A stretch of 64,000 nt of DNA from positions 32,001 to 96,000 of IMG/VR virus record IMGVR_UViG_3300014204_000114. The stretch is one strand, 5' to 3'. The translations under genes and the position numbers were made by a program. The notes below the pieces were generated by a model, which had not been told where the DNA came from, made no database searches, and was given only the letters and a program-made list of their open reading frames with translations. The DNA is from a virus (lineage: Duplodnaviria; Caudoviricetes). Each line of letters begins with the position of its first letter. Positions within the stretch are counted from its first letter, which is position 1. Shown piece by piece: positions 10,186 to 19,354 of this stretch.

Positions 10186-10508
10186 TCATTTTTTATAAAC
10201 TCGAACAATTCTTTTAGTTCGCTTTTAGGTTTTGTTCCCACGGATACTTTTCGAATCTCCCCGCGTTTAAAGTAAATTAAGGTAGGGATTCCTTTAATTC
10301 CATATCTTCCAGTTATACTTCCTTCCTCATCATTGTCTATATTGAATTTTAGAACGTATGCGTCGGGGTAACTTTCTTTAATTAATTCTTCTAAAACTGC
10401 AGAAAGAGCCTTGCACGGCTGGCACCAATCGGCATAAAAGTCCACTAAGACTTTCTGCCCTTCCATAACGAACTCTTCCCAATTATGCGATTTAATTTCT
10501 ACCATCAT
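10182..10508 (-). CDS. trxA: Thioredoxin
   Basis: VLVDFYADWCQPCK and IKGIPTL. Confidence 0.93.
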   Translation of the reverse strand: MMVEIKSHNWEEFVMEGQKVLVDFYADWCQPCKALSAVLEELIKESYPDAYVLKFNIDNDEEGSITGRYGIKGIPTLIYFKRGEIRKVSVGTKPKSELKELFEFIKND

Positions 10509-10513
10509 TCTCC

Positions 10514-10942
10514 TTAAAACTCCATAAAAGGCGGAGTCTCGATTACTATTACTTTATCACAATGCATTGAGGCTAGCAATAGATCGATATCAGAGTTGTA
10601 GAAATCGCAGTCGTCAAAAATTATAGTATCATAGCTTCTGCCACGCAATACATCTTCTAAAAACGCCATCGAAGAAATGGAAGTTTGGCACACCTGCTTA
10701 AATCCCCATAACTTTTGACGTATAGCATCTATTTGTTTAGCTAAAAGATCTCTAGAGGACGAATTTCTCGTAATTACAAGAATGTTCTTTTGTTTTAATG
10801 CGTCGTCGAATAATAAGTTAACTATAGTATTTGTCTTCCCGCATCTTCGGGGGAGAGCATAATACTGAAAACGAGTGTTCGCTTTCATATTGGAAATTAG
10901 GCTTAATTGAAACTTACTCAAGCTCTTTACTATTTTCTTCAT
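10514..10942 (-). CDS. Stand-alone terminase-like P-loop ATPase domain
   Basis: PRRCGKT Walker A, LRGRSYDTIIFDD Walker B region; only 142 aa. Confidence 0.6.
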   Translation of the reverse strand: MKKIVKSLSKFQLSLISNMKANTRFQYYALPRRCGKTNTIVNLLFDDALKQKNILVITRNSSSRDLLAKQIDAIRQKLWGFKQVCQTSISSMAFLEDVLRGRSYDTIIFDDCDFYNSDIDLLLASMHCDKVIVIETPPFMEF

Positions 10943-11412
10943 TTTCCCTCCTTTATGCCTACTAGTATTTCTATAGAATCAGAAAGATAGTTACTAATAG
11001 AACCCGAATCAAGTATTTCTCCCCAAGGGCCTTCTGGATTTTTTAGCTCTGATATATTATTTCCTGACGCCATCCATTTAAAATTGTCCTTAGAACACCA
11101 TTCCAGAGAGTCTATAATCTTATTATCTCTATAAAGGTCCAACATCTCGTCGTATACTAAAATTTGAATAGAGGGGCAATGACACCATCTCCATACGTTC
11201 ATTGCCGAATTTCCTATCACAGGATGATCGTCCGGGTGATCTGTTTTCTTTCTTAAATGAGCTATGTCTCTTTGGACGTTGTACTTTCTCCCTTCGTTTG
11301 ATTCATGATCTATAGGATCATCCATCCACGAACACTCAAATTCGCCTCCGTATAATTGAGCGAACTTCTTACATAGTTTGTCTTTTAATTCTTCTCTTTG
11401 TTCGTTAGTCAT
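10939..11412 (-). CDS. Hypothetical protein
   Basis: GGAGG SD, ATGA overlap. Confidence 0.7.
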   Translation of the reverse strand: MTNEQREELKDKLCKKFAQLYGGEFECSWMDDPIDHESNEGRKYNVQRDIAHLRKKTDHPDDHPVIGNSAMNVWRWCHCPSIQILVYDEMLDLYRDNKIIDSLEWCSKDNFKWMASGNNISELKNPEGPWGEILDSGSISNYLSDSIEILVGIKEGK

Positions 11413-11681
11413 TTTTCCTCCTTTAAGGCTTTTAGTATTCTTTCAAGATCTTCTATACAGTCTTCTAAAGTATTCCCATATGCATTCAGAATGCTTATGT
11501 ATTTTGGCTCGACTGTTAATTTAAGATCTATGTTTTTTGTATTAAAGTAGTAATGTTCTTTAACTATTTGGATTTCATCCACTACTACTCCATGCTCTTT
11601 TTTTATGTAGGTGTTCCCGGGAATTGTTTCGCTCACGGAACGTGATAAGCCACTTTGTTTTAATTGGTGTACGTTAAGCAT
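11409..11681 (-). CDS. Hypothetical protein
   Basis: GGAG SD. Confidence 0.65.
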   Translation of the reverse strand: MLNVHQLKQSGLSRSVSETIPGNTYIKKEHGVVVDEIQIVKEHYYFNTKNIDLKLTVEPKYISILNAYGNTLEDCIEDLERILKALKEEK

Positions 11682-11682
11682 T

Positions 11683-12366
11683 TTATTCTCCTAATTTTAT
11701 GATATCGAAATACATTACTCTGAAATCTCCGAAATCTACATCGTCATGAAAGTGTCCACAATACCATTTTTTGAACTTGTAATTTAACCTTACATCTTCG
11801 AGCATTAGTTCTGTTTCGTCCTCTATTAAATGCATATTCATTTTATCACGGAACCTTTTAGAGAAGGATCTTGGGAGGGTATGAGTTAATATATAATCAA
11901 CGTTTTTGTCTTTTTGATCCAGCGCTTTTTTAAGTTCCTTTTTATTAGGTTTTTCCTGCGGCCACCAGCTTAAACCCTCTATCCTTGCGCTTCTGTCTAT
12001 TGATTGGGCGCCTCCGAAAGTTAGGATTTTATTACCATCTATATTGTAGACTTCTCCCCTTAGAAGGTGGTAGATCGAATCGTTGACCTTACCTACTTTT
12101 CCTCCAAACCTATCTTCCTTGGTTAATTTGGCTAACCTTGCGTGATTCTCATGGTTCCCATCCAGAAATAAAGTAGTGAAAGGACAGGCCCTATAAAACT
12201 CTCTTATTTCCATTTCGGCCTTATCCTGACTTCTTGACCAAATTAAACCAAAGTCCCCAAGGACTATTAAGTAATCGTACTTAGTTAAATGCTCATGGGA
12301 TTTAGCGAATTCGACAACTTTCTTAAGGTCAATCGTATAATGAGTATCACCTGTTAAATAGATCAC
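11683..12366 (-). CDS. Calcineurin-like metallophosphoesterase
   Basis: GDTH, LGDFG, GNHE, LTHT, CGHFH motifs. Confidence 0.93.
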   Translation of the reverse strand: MIYLTGDTHYTIDLKKVVEFAKSHEHLTKYDYLIVLGDFGLIWSRSQDKAEMEIREFYRACPFTTLFLDGNHENHARLAKLTKEDRFGGKVGKVNDSIYHLLRGEVYNIDGNKILTFGGAQSIDRSARIEGLSWWPQEKPNKKELKKALDQKDKNVDYILTHTLPRSFSKRFRDKMNMHLIEDETELMLEDVRLNYKFKKWYCGHFHDDVDFGDFRVMYFDIIKLGE

Positions 12367-12670
12367 TAAGCCATTCCTTTATTATTTGCCAAAAGGTTAA
12401 GTCTTCTTTTGAATCATACCAAAAACAGTCATGATTAGCATTAGCTATTAAGGGATTCAAGGGCTCCATGTCAACCCTTATATAATCACGTTTATCTTTT
12501 GAGATCTGCTCTGGCACTTCGAAATATTTTCTCTTCGAATAAACTCTATTTGCGTCGCATGGATAAGCCCAGCCGCCTTCTTTTTTAAAGTCCGCCGGCA
12601 TACTGTTATTAGCCCATATTTCCATAGCTTTCGAATCATGATGATTACAATTTATACAATACTTTTTCAT
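12347..12670 (-). CDS. Small Cys-rich protein (YCxNC family paralog)
   Basis: KYCINC...NANHDC.WY...WQIIKEW. Confidence 0.7.
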   Translation of the reverse strand: MKKYCINCNHHDSKAMEIWANNSMPADFKKEGGWAYPCDANRVYSKRKYFEVPEQISKDKRDYIRVDMEPLNPLIANANHDCFWYDSKEDLTFWQIIKEWLSDLFNR

Positions 12671-12966
12671 TCAAACCATCCTTTTATTTTTTGCCACAAA
12701 CTTCTGTCGTCATAATACTCACAATTATTATTTCTATTCTGCGTAAAAGGATCCAATGAGGCAAGACGCCCTTCTAACAACAAAGGTTTGTCGAGAATCT
12801 GCATAGGCACCGAAATCTCTTCCTCGTACCATATTAATTTTTTGCATAAGTGAGTAGGTGAGGAAAGTTTACCCCACGAACCCCTCAGAGATTGTTGATA
12901 TTCAAATATGGCATCCCGGAGATCTTTCTTGTTAAAGTGATTACAATTTATACAGTACCTTTTCAT
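12667..12966 (-). CDS. Small Cys-rich protein (YCxNC family paralog)
   Basis: RYCINC...NRNNNCEYY...WQKIKGW. Confidence 0.7.
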   Translation of the reverse strand: MKRYCINCNHFNKKDLRDAIFEYQQSLRGSWGKLSSPTHLCKKLIWYEEEISVPMQILDKPLLLEGRLASLDPFTQNRNNNCEYYDDRSLWQKIKGWFE

Positions 12967-13211
12967 TCTTCTCCCTCTAATTTAATCACCATTTTTTGAG
13001 AAATAAAACGGACCGGGGCAAATGTTTTCTCCAAGGTTATATTGACTAAGTCATTATCTTTCTCATCTACTTCGGCTTTAGTTATAACCCAGCCATCATT
13101 TACTTCGCGTCCTACTAATTTAGAAGCAAAACTCTTGCTATCTATCGATTCGGACAATGGACTTTCCGCTATTTTTCTTACTAATTCTTCTACTCTTTTT
13201 ACTGTTTCCAT
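12963..13211 (-). CDS. Hypothetical protein
   Basis: ORF in the operon. Confidence 0.65.
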   Translation of the reverse strand: METVKRVEELVRKIAESPLSESIDSKSFASKLVGREVNDGWVITKAEVDEKDNDLVNITLEKTFAPVRFISQKMVIKLEGEE

Positions 13212-13862
13212 TTACGTACCTAAAGCAAAGCTTAAATTAATCTTTCTAGTCCGGGTCTGTACGGCCAAATCAAGTTGATACTTATATGGATCAGTTTGAG
13301 AAAATCTTGCGTTTTGTACGACGGCATAATCTTCCGCACATTCAAACGGCTGTTGGAGAAGCGCGTTCACAAGTTCCATTTGATCAAAAGATTGATTTCT
13401 AAATCTCTCCAGGAAAATACGTATATTGTACTCTAATTCTCTGACGTCATAATCCCAGTTCTCCGCGACGTCATAGTCGTAATTACAACTGCCGATATAA
13501 GCCAAGTCTCTATTTCGTTCCTGTAAAAACTCTCTTCTCTGATATGCGGTAGAGTATGTGTTTGCGTAAACGCCCGGATGATAATTATAATTCGTAGGAG
13601 GAATGAACCTTAGAGCTTGTGTCATATCCGAATCTACTAATCTTTGAACTAGATCCAAAGGAATATTCAAATGTGATTCATTTAATACTACTTTCTTTTC
13701 ATGTTTGTCGCATAAGCCATTTTTGATAACGCGCTCATATTTTTTATGTTCCGCACATTTTGAATTGACAAACCACCTACAATTCCCACACTTCCTTGCT
13801 TTAGGACATTTGTTTTTGGTTATCCTAAACGAATTAATACCTACTCCTACATTACCTTCCAT
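13212..13862 (-). CDS. Hypothetical protein with N-terminal Cys-rich domain
   Basis: FRITKNKCPKARKCGNC...GLCD, shared with 15330-15656. Confidence 0.7.
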   Translation of the reverse strand: MEGNVGVGINSFRITKNKCPKARKCGNCRWFVNSKCAEHKKYERVIKNGLCDKHEKKVVLNESHLNIPLDLVQRLVDSDMTQALRFIPPTNYNYHPGVYANTYSTAYQRREFLQERNRDLAYIGSCNYDYDVAENWDYDVRELEYNIRIFLERFRNQSFDQMELVNALLQQPFECAEDYAVVQNARFSQTDPYKYQLDLAVQTRTRKINLSFALGT

Positions 13863-13864
13863 AC

Positions 13865-14524
13865 TTACCTCTTTCTATTATCAAGTAATATAGCCCAGCA
13901 CTCTTCCCTTCTATGATATAACTTACAACTCGTAAAAGGCTCACCTTCGGGTCTAAATTCGTTACATTTAAGGGTCTCATATACCACGTCGCCATAAAGC
14001 TTTTCCGAGAAATCGACATCTGCCTTCCGCATAAAAGACCTGGGGCACATATTAATTATCTCTTTAGGAGCTACTTTTTCCTTAAATTCAACCTTCCCTT
14101 CATAAAGGATTCTTGTCACTAAGACATTCTCGTCTATAGTACAGGCAAATACGAAAGCCAAAACACCCTCCTGCTTTTCCCCGTATTTATTATAGACGTC
14201 GACGTCCAGAGGGTTAGTACCCTTGAAAGGAATAGATAAGAATACTTCGGACTTGTCCTTAAACGCATCGATTGTAATTTTTAAGGCGTCAAGGTCTCCG
14301 GAACCCATAAGAATCGGAGGACCCAAATATTCAACGTAAACCTGGTCCGGGTTATCTCCAAAAACAGTCAACTCGTGGATATTCTCGACTTCTCTACCTT
14401 TCGAATCCAGAACTTTAGTAACGTAATCCGAATCCCCATCAATTATAATATTCCCATCTTCGTCCGGTTCGGGCCTCTCTCCTTCCCAACATACTGTAAA
14501 TAATGTTTTTGCTTCGTTTATCAT
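13865..14524 (-). CDS. Hypothetical protein
   Basis: 219-aa ORF with GGAG SD. Confidence 0.7.
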   Translation of the reverse strand: MINEAKTLFTVCWEGERPEPDEDGNIIIDGDSDYVTKVLDSKGREVENIHELTVFGDNPDQVYVEYLGPPILMGSGDLDALKITIDAFKDKSEVFLSIPFKGTNPLDVDVYNKYGEKQEGVLAFVFACTIDENVLVTRILYEGKVEFKEKVAPKEIINMCPRSFMRKADVDFSEKLYGDVVYETLKCNEFRPEGEPFTSCKLYHRREECWAILLDNRKR

Positions 14525-14525
14525 C

Positions 14526-15107
14526 TTATTCTCCTTTTTTAACTCGTTTTTTCTTTAGATAATCCGAAATAGGATCGTTCCCAAATATAGTATCTATACA
14601 GCCCTCTATCCTGCTAAGAGCAGCTATTTCATCCCATCCCGCTTCGGCTATTACGTTCCTTAACTTAATAAGAATACTTGAACATTCTCTTACTTGTCTA
14701 GGATCATCATAGTGAGAATATATTACCGCCGCGTATATTAGAGCACTCGCAATTTCGGCCCCTATACTACGAAACACATAATCCGCATACCTTTTAGGGT
14801 CTCCTTCAGGGACTATACAAAGAGGAGGAAGTTTTATTTTATTCGCGAACATTACTATGTCTTTGACTGTATCTTCGGAGATCGGGAGCTCGCGATGACA
14901 TTGGAACCTCAAAGACGAGTATAGATATTCAAGTTTCCCGAAGTCTTCCATTTTATAACACAAGGCCCAGAATGGTTCTATCGCGTCAAGATTAAATTTT
15001 AATGCGCGCTTGGCTAATAACCTCCCCTTTCCTTCTTTTACGTACCAATCAATATTAAAATTAGTAAAAACTCCAATCGCATCATCAAATATTTCGTTGT
15101 TGTCCAT
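14526..15107 (-). CDS. Hypothetical protein
   Basis: 193-aa ORF with GGAG SD. Confidence 0.7.
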   Translation of the reverse strand: MDNNEIFDDAIGVFTNFNIDWYVKEGKGRLLAKRALKFNLDAIEPFWALCYKMEDFGKLEYLYSSLRFQCHRELPISEDTVKDIVMFANKIKLPPLCIVPEGDPKRYADYVFRSIGAEIASALIYAAVIYSHYDDPRQVRECSSILIKLRNVIAEAGWDEIAALSRIEGCIDTIFGNDPISDYLKKKRVKKGE

Positions 15108-15109
15108 TT

Positions 15110-15343
15110 TTATTCTCCTTTAAATATATCTTTAATTTTTTGCCAAAGTGTTTTTATAGGTTCGTAATGCACGCAATTGTTAAGCATGTTATGTCTGTCG
15201 GGTTTTGCGTAAAGAGGTTTCTTCTCTCTAGGCGTGTCGTAGGATCCAAGAATAAAATCGCAGTGATCCGGTATATGGCCTAAAAACATATAAAGATTCT
15301 TTCCGTATTTACAGTTTTCGCAATAAACTTTATCTTCCATCAT
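15110..15343 (-). CDS. Small Cys-rich protein (YCxNC family paralog)
   Basis: VYCENC...NMLNNCVHY...LWQKIKD. Confidence 0.7.
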   Translation of the reverse strand: MMEDKVYCENCKYGKNLYMFLGHIPDHCDFILGSYDTPREKKPLYAKPDRHNMLNNCVHYEPIKTLWQKIKDIFKGE

Positions 15344-15656
15344 CCACCCTTAATGTTGTTGTATGTTCATGTCTGTCTTGGTTTATCCACGTTACTTGAA
15401 AAGTAGCCGGTGCCCCTATGAGCATTCCGTCGTTTACGAATTGATTCATTTGGGCTTTTAGAAGGTCCAGAGGTTGACTTCTTACCCATTCGTCGCACAA
15501 ACCATCCAGGCAGGTATACTCAAAACTAAACTTTCTGCATCTTGACCAAGACTCTATACGGTTCTCTATAAAATAACAGTTCGAACACTTTCTGGCCTTC
15601 TTGCACTTATTTTGGGTTATTCTAAAAGATGGATTTCCTTGCATTACTTCTCCCAT
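15330..15656 (-). CDS. Cys-rich protein, paralog of the 13212-13862 N-terminus
   Basis: FRITQNKCKKARKCSNC...GLCD. Confidence 0.7.
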   Translation of the reverse strand: MGEVMQGNPSFRITQNKCKKARKCSNCYFIENRIESWSRCRKFSFEYTCLDGLCDEWVRSQPLDLLKAQMNQFVNDGMLIGAPATFQVTWINQDRHEHTTTLRVDDGR

Positions 15657-15922
15657 TCGCAGTCTTCTGCCATAAATGTTATCTCTTCTCCGTTTGAGAA
15701 AATTATCACTACAGGAGTGTGTATATTCTGATAAATTTGAGGCTTATAATAGGTTATTTCTTTTCCATTTAATTTGCATACCGCCTTCTCGGGATTATAT
15801 ATCTTTACTACAGGATGCACGGATTCGCCTCTTATTCCAATTTTGGCGCCCATCGCATAAAGAGAGATTACGACGAAAGCAACGCAAAAAAGTATCAATA
15901 ATAAAGCTTTAGTATTGGTCAT
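15644..15922 (-). CDS. Membrane-anchored hypothetical protein
   Basis: N-terminal TM segment. Confidence 0.65.
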   Translation of the reverse strand: MTNTKALLLILFCVAFVVISLYAMGAKIGIRGESVHPVVKIYNPEKAVCKLNGKEITYYKPQIYQNIHTPVVIIFSNGEEITFMAEDCEWEK

Positions 15923-15931
15923 ATCCCACCA

Positions 15932-16165
15932 TTACTTTTCTCCTAATAATGCTAAATAGACAGATCCTGTCAGAGAGTAGACTAAGGTTGCAATCCCGGC
16001 GGTTATTCCTATACAGCTAACGAATTGAATATGATCAGCTCCCAAAACCTCCACAACATATAATTCGTGAATACTGTAGAAACCAATACTACCAGCAAGA
16101 AGGAAAATGAAGTAAATAATAACCCGCGCCCACCAGCTAAAATATCTCGCATCTTCTAATACCAT
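15932..16165 (-). CDS. Small two-TM membrane protein
   Basis: AAGGAG SD; hydrophobic helices. Confidence 0.7.
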   Translation of the reverse strand: MVLEDARYFSWWARVIIYFIFLLAGSIGFYSIHELYVVEVLGADHIQFVSCIGITAGIATLVYSLTGSVYLALLGEK

Positions 16166-16203
16166 TACGTTCTCCTTTTCTATTACATTTTCTAACTAAG
16201 CTT

Positions 16204-16232
16204 ATTATACAGATCTAAAATTAGGAAGTCAA
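16204..16232 (-). promoter_or_regulatory. Sigma70-type promoter driving the leftward operon
   Basis: TTGACT-17 nt-TATAAT on the minus strand, about 40 nt upstream of the first leftward gene. Confidence 0.8.
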
Positions 16233-16622
16233 CAGAAAAATGATCGCCAATACGAAAAATAGTTACTTTCTTCAAAAAACTGTTATAAAGGGCGATTTTG
16301 GTAAAAATTTTTATAAAAATTAGTAATATAAAAAGAGGATGGAAGATATTATAGAAAAGATGCAATCAAGAGGATTTATTAAATATATTTTATTTATAAA
16401 ACTTATAGAGGTGTTTTTAGAACATATTTCTAGATGCGAAGAATATTGAAGTAAAGATGCAATTTGAAAAGTAAATAAAAAATATTTATAAAACTTTAAG
16501 GGTGGAAAATAGGAAACATTTCTAGATGCCACCTAGTAGATATAAATAAAGTAAATTAAAAACGTTTCGAGCCCACGGGTAGTCTGTGAGTAAGAAAATG
16601 TTTAAATACAAGGAGATAGAAT

Positions 16623-16808
16623 ATGAAGACAATAGCTTTCCAAATCGTAAAGAAACAATCAAATGGTCAGATGATCGAGATGTCATGGTACAAATGTAAT
16701 CTAAACGAGAAAAGATGCAGTGCTGATGATGCTTCTATATTTGTAAGGAATATAGTTAGAGCATTCGAAGATGCAGGCTTCTATGCTAGAATAGACTGGA
16801 ACGCATAG
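16623..16808 (+). CDS. Hypothetical early protein
   Basis: AAGGAG SD; followed by a terminator. Confidence 0.75.
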   Translation: MKTIAFQIVKKQSNGQMIEMSWYKCNLNEKRCSADDASIFVRNIVRAFEDAGFYARIDWNA

Positions 16809-16822
16809 TAGTATGTACTGAT

Positions 16823-16862
16823 AGAGCATAGTGTAGAAATACACTGTGCTCTTTTTTTTATT
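16823..16862 (+). terminator. Intrinsic terminator
   Basis: AGAGCATAGTGTA-GAAA-TACACTGTGCTCT + T tract. Confidence 0.85.
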
Positions 16863-16937
16863 GATAAGTAATAGTATATGCATGCACTAATACGCAGTGT
16901 AAGTGTGCGTGTGTATACATAACTAGCATAGGAGGAA

Positions 16938-17156
16938 ATGATTATGCTAGTACTGCATGTGTTCTTAATGTTAATGGTGATATCTATCGATGCTATGTTT
17001 ATAGCAATAACGATAGATGAGTACTTAAATGATGTAGTAGATACGAATGTATTTGCTACTACATTCAATAAGCTAGTGGTAGTACATGGTACACATGGCT
17101 ACGTATTAAATAAACATGGCTTTAGAAAGAACTACAGATGGATAGATGATATCTAA
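16938..17156 (+). CDS. Hypothetical early membrane protein
   Basis: AGGAGG SD; hydrophobic N-terminus. Confidence 0.7.
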   Translation: MIMLVLHVFLMLMVISIDAMFIAITIDEYLNDVVDTNVFATTFNKLVVVHGTHGYVLNKHGFRKNYRWIDDI

Positions 17157-17179
17157 CATCTAGTAGTACATGTATGTAC

Positions 17180-17215
17180 AGGGTAGGCTAGTGATAGCCT
17201 GCCCTTTTTTTATTT
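17180..17215 (+). terminator. Intrinsic terminator
   Basis: AGGGTAGGCTA-GTGA-TAGCCTGCCCT + T tract. Confidence 0.85.
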
Positions 17216-17303
17216 ATGATGTATGCGATAGTGCATACACACATACAGTACGTGCATGTAGTACGTAGCATGTATGCATATAACAGCATAGCTATAGGAG
17301 GAA

Positions 17304-17537
17304 ATGATTATGGCATATGCAACACTGTTAGAAGAAGAGGTAGTAGTGGTAGCAGAGGCTACTGATCTACTAGATGAAGGGCCTAAGTTCAGGACCTTTA
17401 GAAAGGCAGTACAAGAGTACTGTCAAAACATGTGTATACTTACACATACATGCATGGAGATGCTGTATGAGAAGTATGCAGCAGAGGGGCTGAAGCCAGG
17501 ATTAATGGACATTCTGGTTGATCCTTTTGGTAAGTAG
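17304..17537 (+). CDS. Hypothetical early protein
   Basis: AGGAGG SD. Confidence 0.75.
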   Translation: MIMAYATLLEEEVVVVAEATDLLDEGPKFRTFRKAVQEYCQNMCILTHTCMEMLYEKYAAEGLKPGLMDILVDPFGK

Positions 17538-17549
17538 AGTCTAGTACTT

Positions 17550-17589
17550 AGGGGTATGCCTGTATAGGGGCATGCCCCTTTTTTTATTT
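17550..17589 (+). terminator. Intrinsic terminator
   Basis: AGGGGTATGCC...GGCATGCCCCT + T tract. Confidence 0.85.
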
Positions 17590-17603
17590 GATGATTACCA
17601 ATT

Positions 17604-17888
17604 ATGGTAGTTATTATGATGCGGGGAGACCCGCGGAAAGGACCGATTATGGAAAAGTATTACTTTACAGTTGGCCGTAACTACAAAGACCCCGAAAACG
17701 ACATGTACGTAGGGGAATTTGAGAGCTGGGATGCGGCGTTAAAAGGGCTAACAGAGATGTACGCCCCGAACGACCCTCCTATGAATGACGGAACTCTGTA
17801 TGCGTGGCTTCCTGAGCCGCCAGAAGAGATCTATATTCCTTGCAGTGAGGATTGCAACGAATGCCTACACCATGATTGTCGTAGGTAG
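17604..17888 (+). CDS. Hypothetical early protein with Cys-rich C-terminus (start may be MEKYYF)
   Basis: ORF between terminators. Confidence 0.7.
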   Translation: MVVIMMRGDPRKGPIMEKYYFTVGRNYKDPENDMYVGEFESWDAALKGLTEMYAPNDPPMNDGTLYAWLPEPPEEIYIPCSEDCNECLHHDCRR

Positions 17889-17898
17889 GCAGTTAATT

Positions 17899-17930
17899 AA
17901 AGAAGAGGGGCCGTCCCCTCTTTTTTTATT
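17899..17930 (+). terminator. Intrinsic terminator
   Basis: AAGAGGGG-CCGT-CCCCTCTT + T tract. Confidence 0.8.
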
Positions 17931-17947
17931 GAAAGGAGGTGATCATT

Positions 17948-18052
17948 ATGTTCGCCAAACTAAAGGATAGATTAGCGAATATAGCTGCCCGTAAGGCGGC
18001 TATATTAGTTGCTATGATTGCTATCCCTATTCTTCTTAAGATGGAGAAATAG
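17948..18052 (+). CDS. 34-aa basic/hydrophobic peptide (not in ORF track)
   Basis: AAAGGAGGTGAT SD; MFAKLKDRLANIAARKAAILVAMIAIPILLKMEK*; bracketed by terminators. Confidence 0.7.
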   Translation: MFAKLKDRLANIAARKAAILVAMIAIPILLKMEK

Positions 18053-18059
18053 GGATTTT

Positions 18060-18096
18060 AGAGGGTAGGCCTAAGGGTCTATCCTCTTTTTTATTT
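18060..18096 (+). terminator. Intrinsic terminator
   Basis: AGAGGGTAGGCC-TAAG-GGTCTATCCTCT + T tract. Confidence 0.85.
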
Positions 18097-18146
18097 AAAA
18101 ACAAACAGTTACCAATTAAGGCTAACTGTTAACTGCATAGGAGGAA

Positions 18147-18425
18147 ATGATTATGCAGAACTCTAAACAAGTGATGGTGCAGGTAGCAGTAGAAGCATTC
18201 GTTGAGACTTTGAAGGATGCCGCCGCAGTGAAAGCTAAAGGGGACAGCATAGATACACATAAGCCTGTAATGAAAGAGAAGGTCACCGCAGTAGGTGTAG
18301 CCCTGTCCTTTGTAGGAGCACAGGGTACACTACAGGCCTTTATAAAGGACTGCATCAACACCTACATGAAGGCAGTAACGTACGCCCATGAGCGTAAAGA
18401 GCTACTAGAGTACGTTCTTGGATAA
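18147..18425 (+). CDS. Hypothetical early protein
   Basis: AGGAGG SD. Confidence 0.75.
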   Translation: MIMQNSKQVMVQVAVEAFVETLKDAAAVKAKGDSIDTHKPVMKEKVTAVGVALSFVGAQGTLQAFIKDCINTYMKAVTYAHERKELLEYVLG

Positions 18426-18454
18426 ACCTTAATTTGCTTTAAAAGGAGATAGTT

Positions 18455-19354
18455 ATGGAGTTAGTCAAAATCGATCGGGATTACTATAATCCCTCTCAGA
18501 TAGAGGAAATACAATCCTCTGTTTGGGAAGTAGTAGCAGACTGGATAATACCGGTCTTAATAGGATTCTCCCCTGAAGCAGTATTAGCTGTTTACGAGGG
18601 TGAGAAAAAGCACGCCTTAGATCTCAGGACTAAGGTGTGGGAGAAGCTAACAAGTACGTATAAAGAGGTATCAAGGGCTCCTGAGTGCCCTTGGGCTAAT
18701 CTAATCTCTACATTGGACCTTAGAGATGTAAAAGTCTCTGAATTGGGTCTAAGCGTCGTATATGCTGTATATATGGCGCTAGGTAGAGACGGAAACAAGT
18801 TCGCAAACAGATTCCTAGTCCATTCCCTCTCTGGAATTAGGGCTAAGAGAGCTACACCTTCTAAGTCATATACTTGGGAGGAAGTGGAGTTCGCGGATTG
18901 GATTATGTCCGGGGATCGTTACAGGTTAGACAGGTGTATATGTGACGGCGAAAGGACATTCTGGGGTACTAAAATCAAAACCAGCATAGATAGATTTAAA
19001 TATCTATCTGAAGATGATAAGGCAGACCTTATTATCGAATGGTTTGGTACTGATATGCTTCAAGAAATCAAGGAGTTGAACTCTCCTGGAGATCTTGGAG
19101 CTATATCTGATAATGGCGCCTTGGATAATCTAGAACTACTCTCTGATGACTTAGGAGACGAGTTTGGCTATAGGGCTGAACTCTTAAGCGCCGAGATGCA
19201 TCTAGAGAAGTTAAAAGCTGGGATATGCCCGGCGAAATATCAACTAAGTCAAGAGCTTAGCTGGATCAGGAAAGCATTAACGGATATAGGCGACCCTAAA
19301 GAGGGTAGAGACGCCTATAAATCAGCATACTCATATCTTAAGATTAAGGTGTGA
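18455..19354 (+). CDS. Hypothetical protein
   Basis: 299 aa, AAGGAG SD. Confidence 0.8.
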   Translation: MELVKIDRDYYNPSQIEEIQSSVWEVVADWIIPVLIGFSPEAVLAVYEGEKKHALDLRTKVWEKLTSTYKEVSRAPECPWANLISTLDLRDVKVSELGLSVVYAVYMALGRDGNKFANRFLVHSLSGIRAKRATPSKSYTWEEVEFADWIMSGDRYRLDRCICDGERTFWGTKIKTSIDRFKYLSEDDKADLIIEWFGTDMLQEIKELNSPGDLGAISDNGALDNLELLSDDLGDEFGYRAELLSAEMHLEKLKAGICPAKYQLSQELSWIRKALTDIGDPKEGRDAYKSAYSYLKIKV

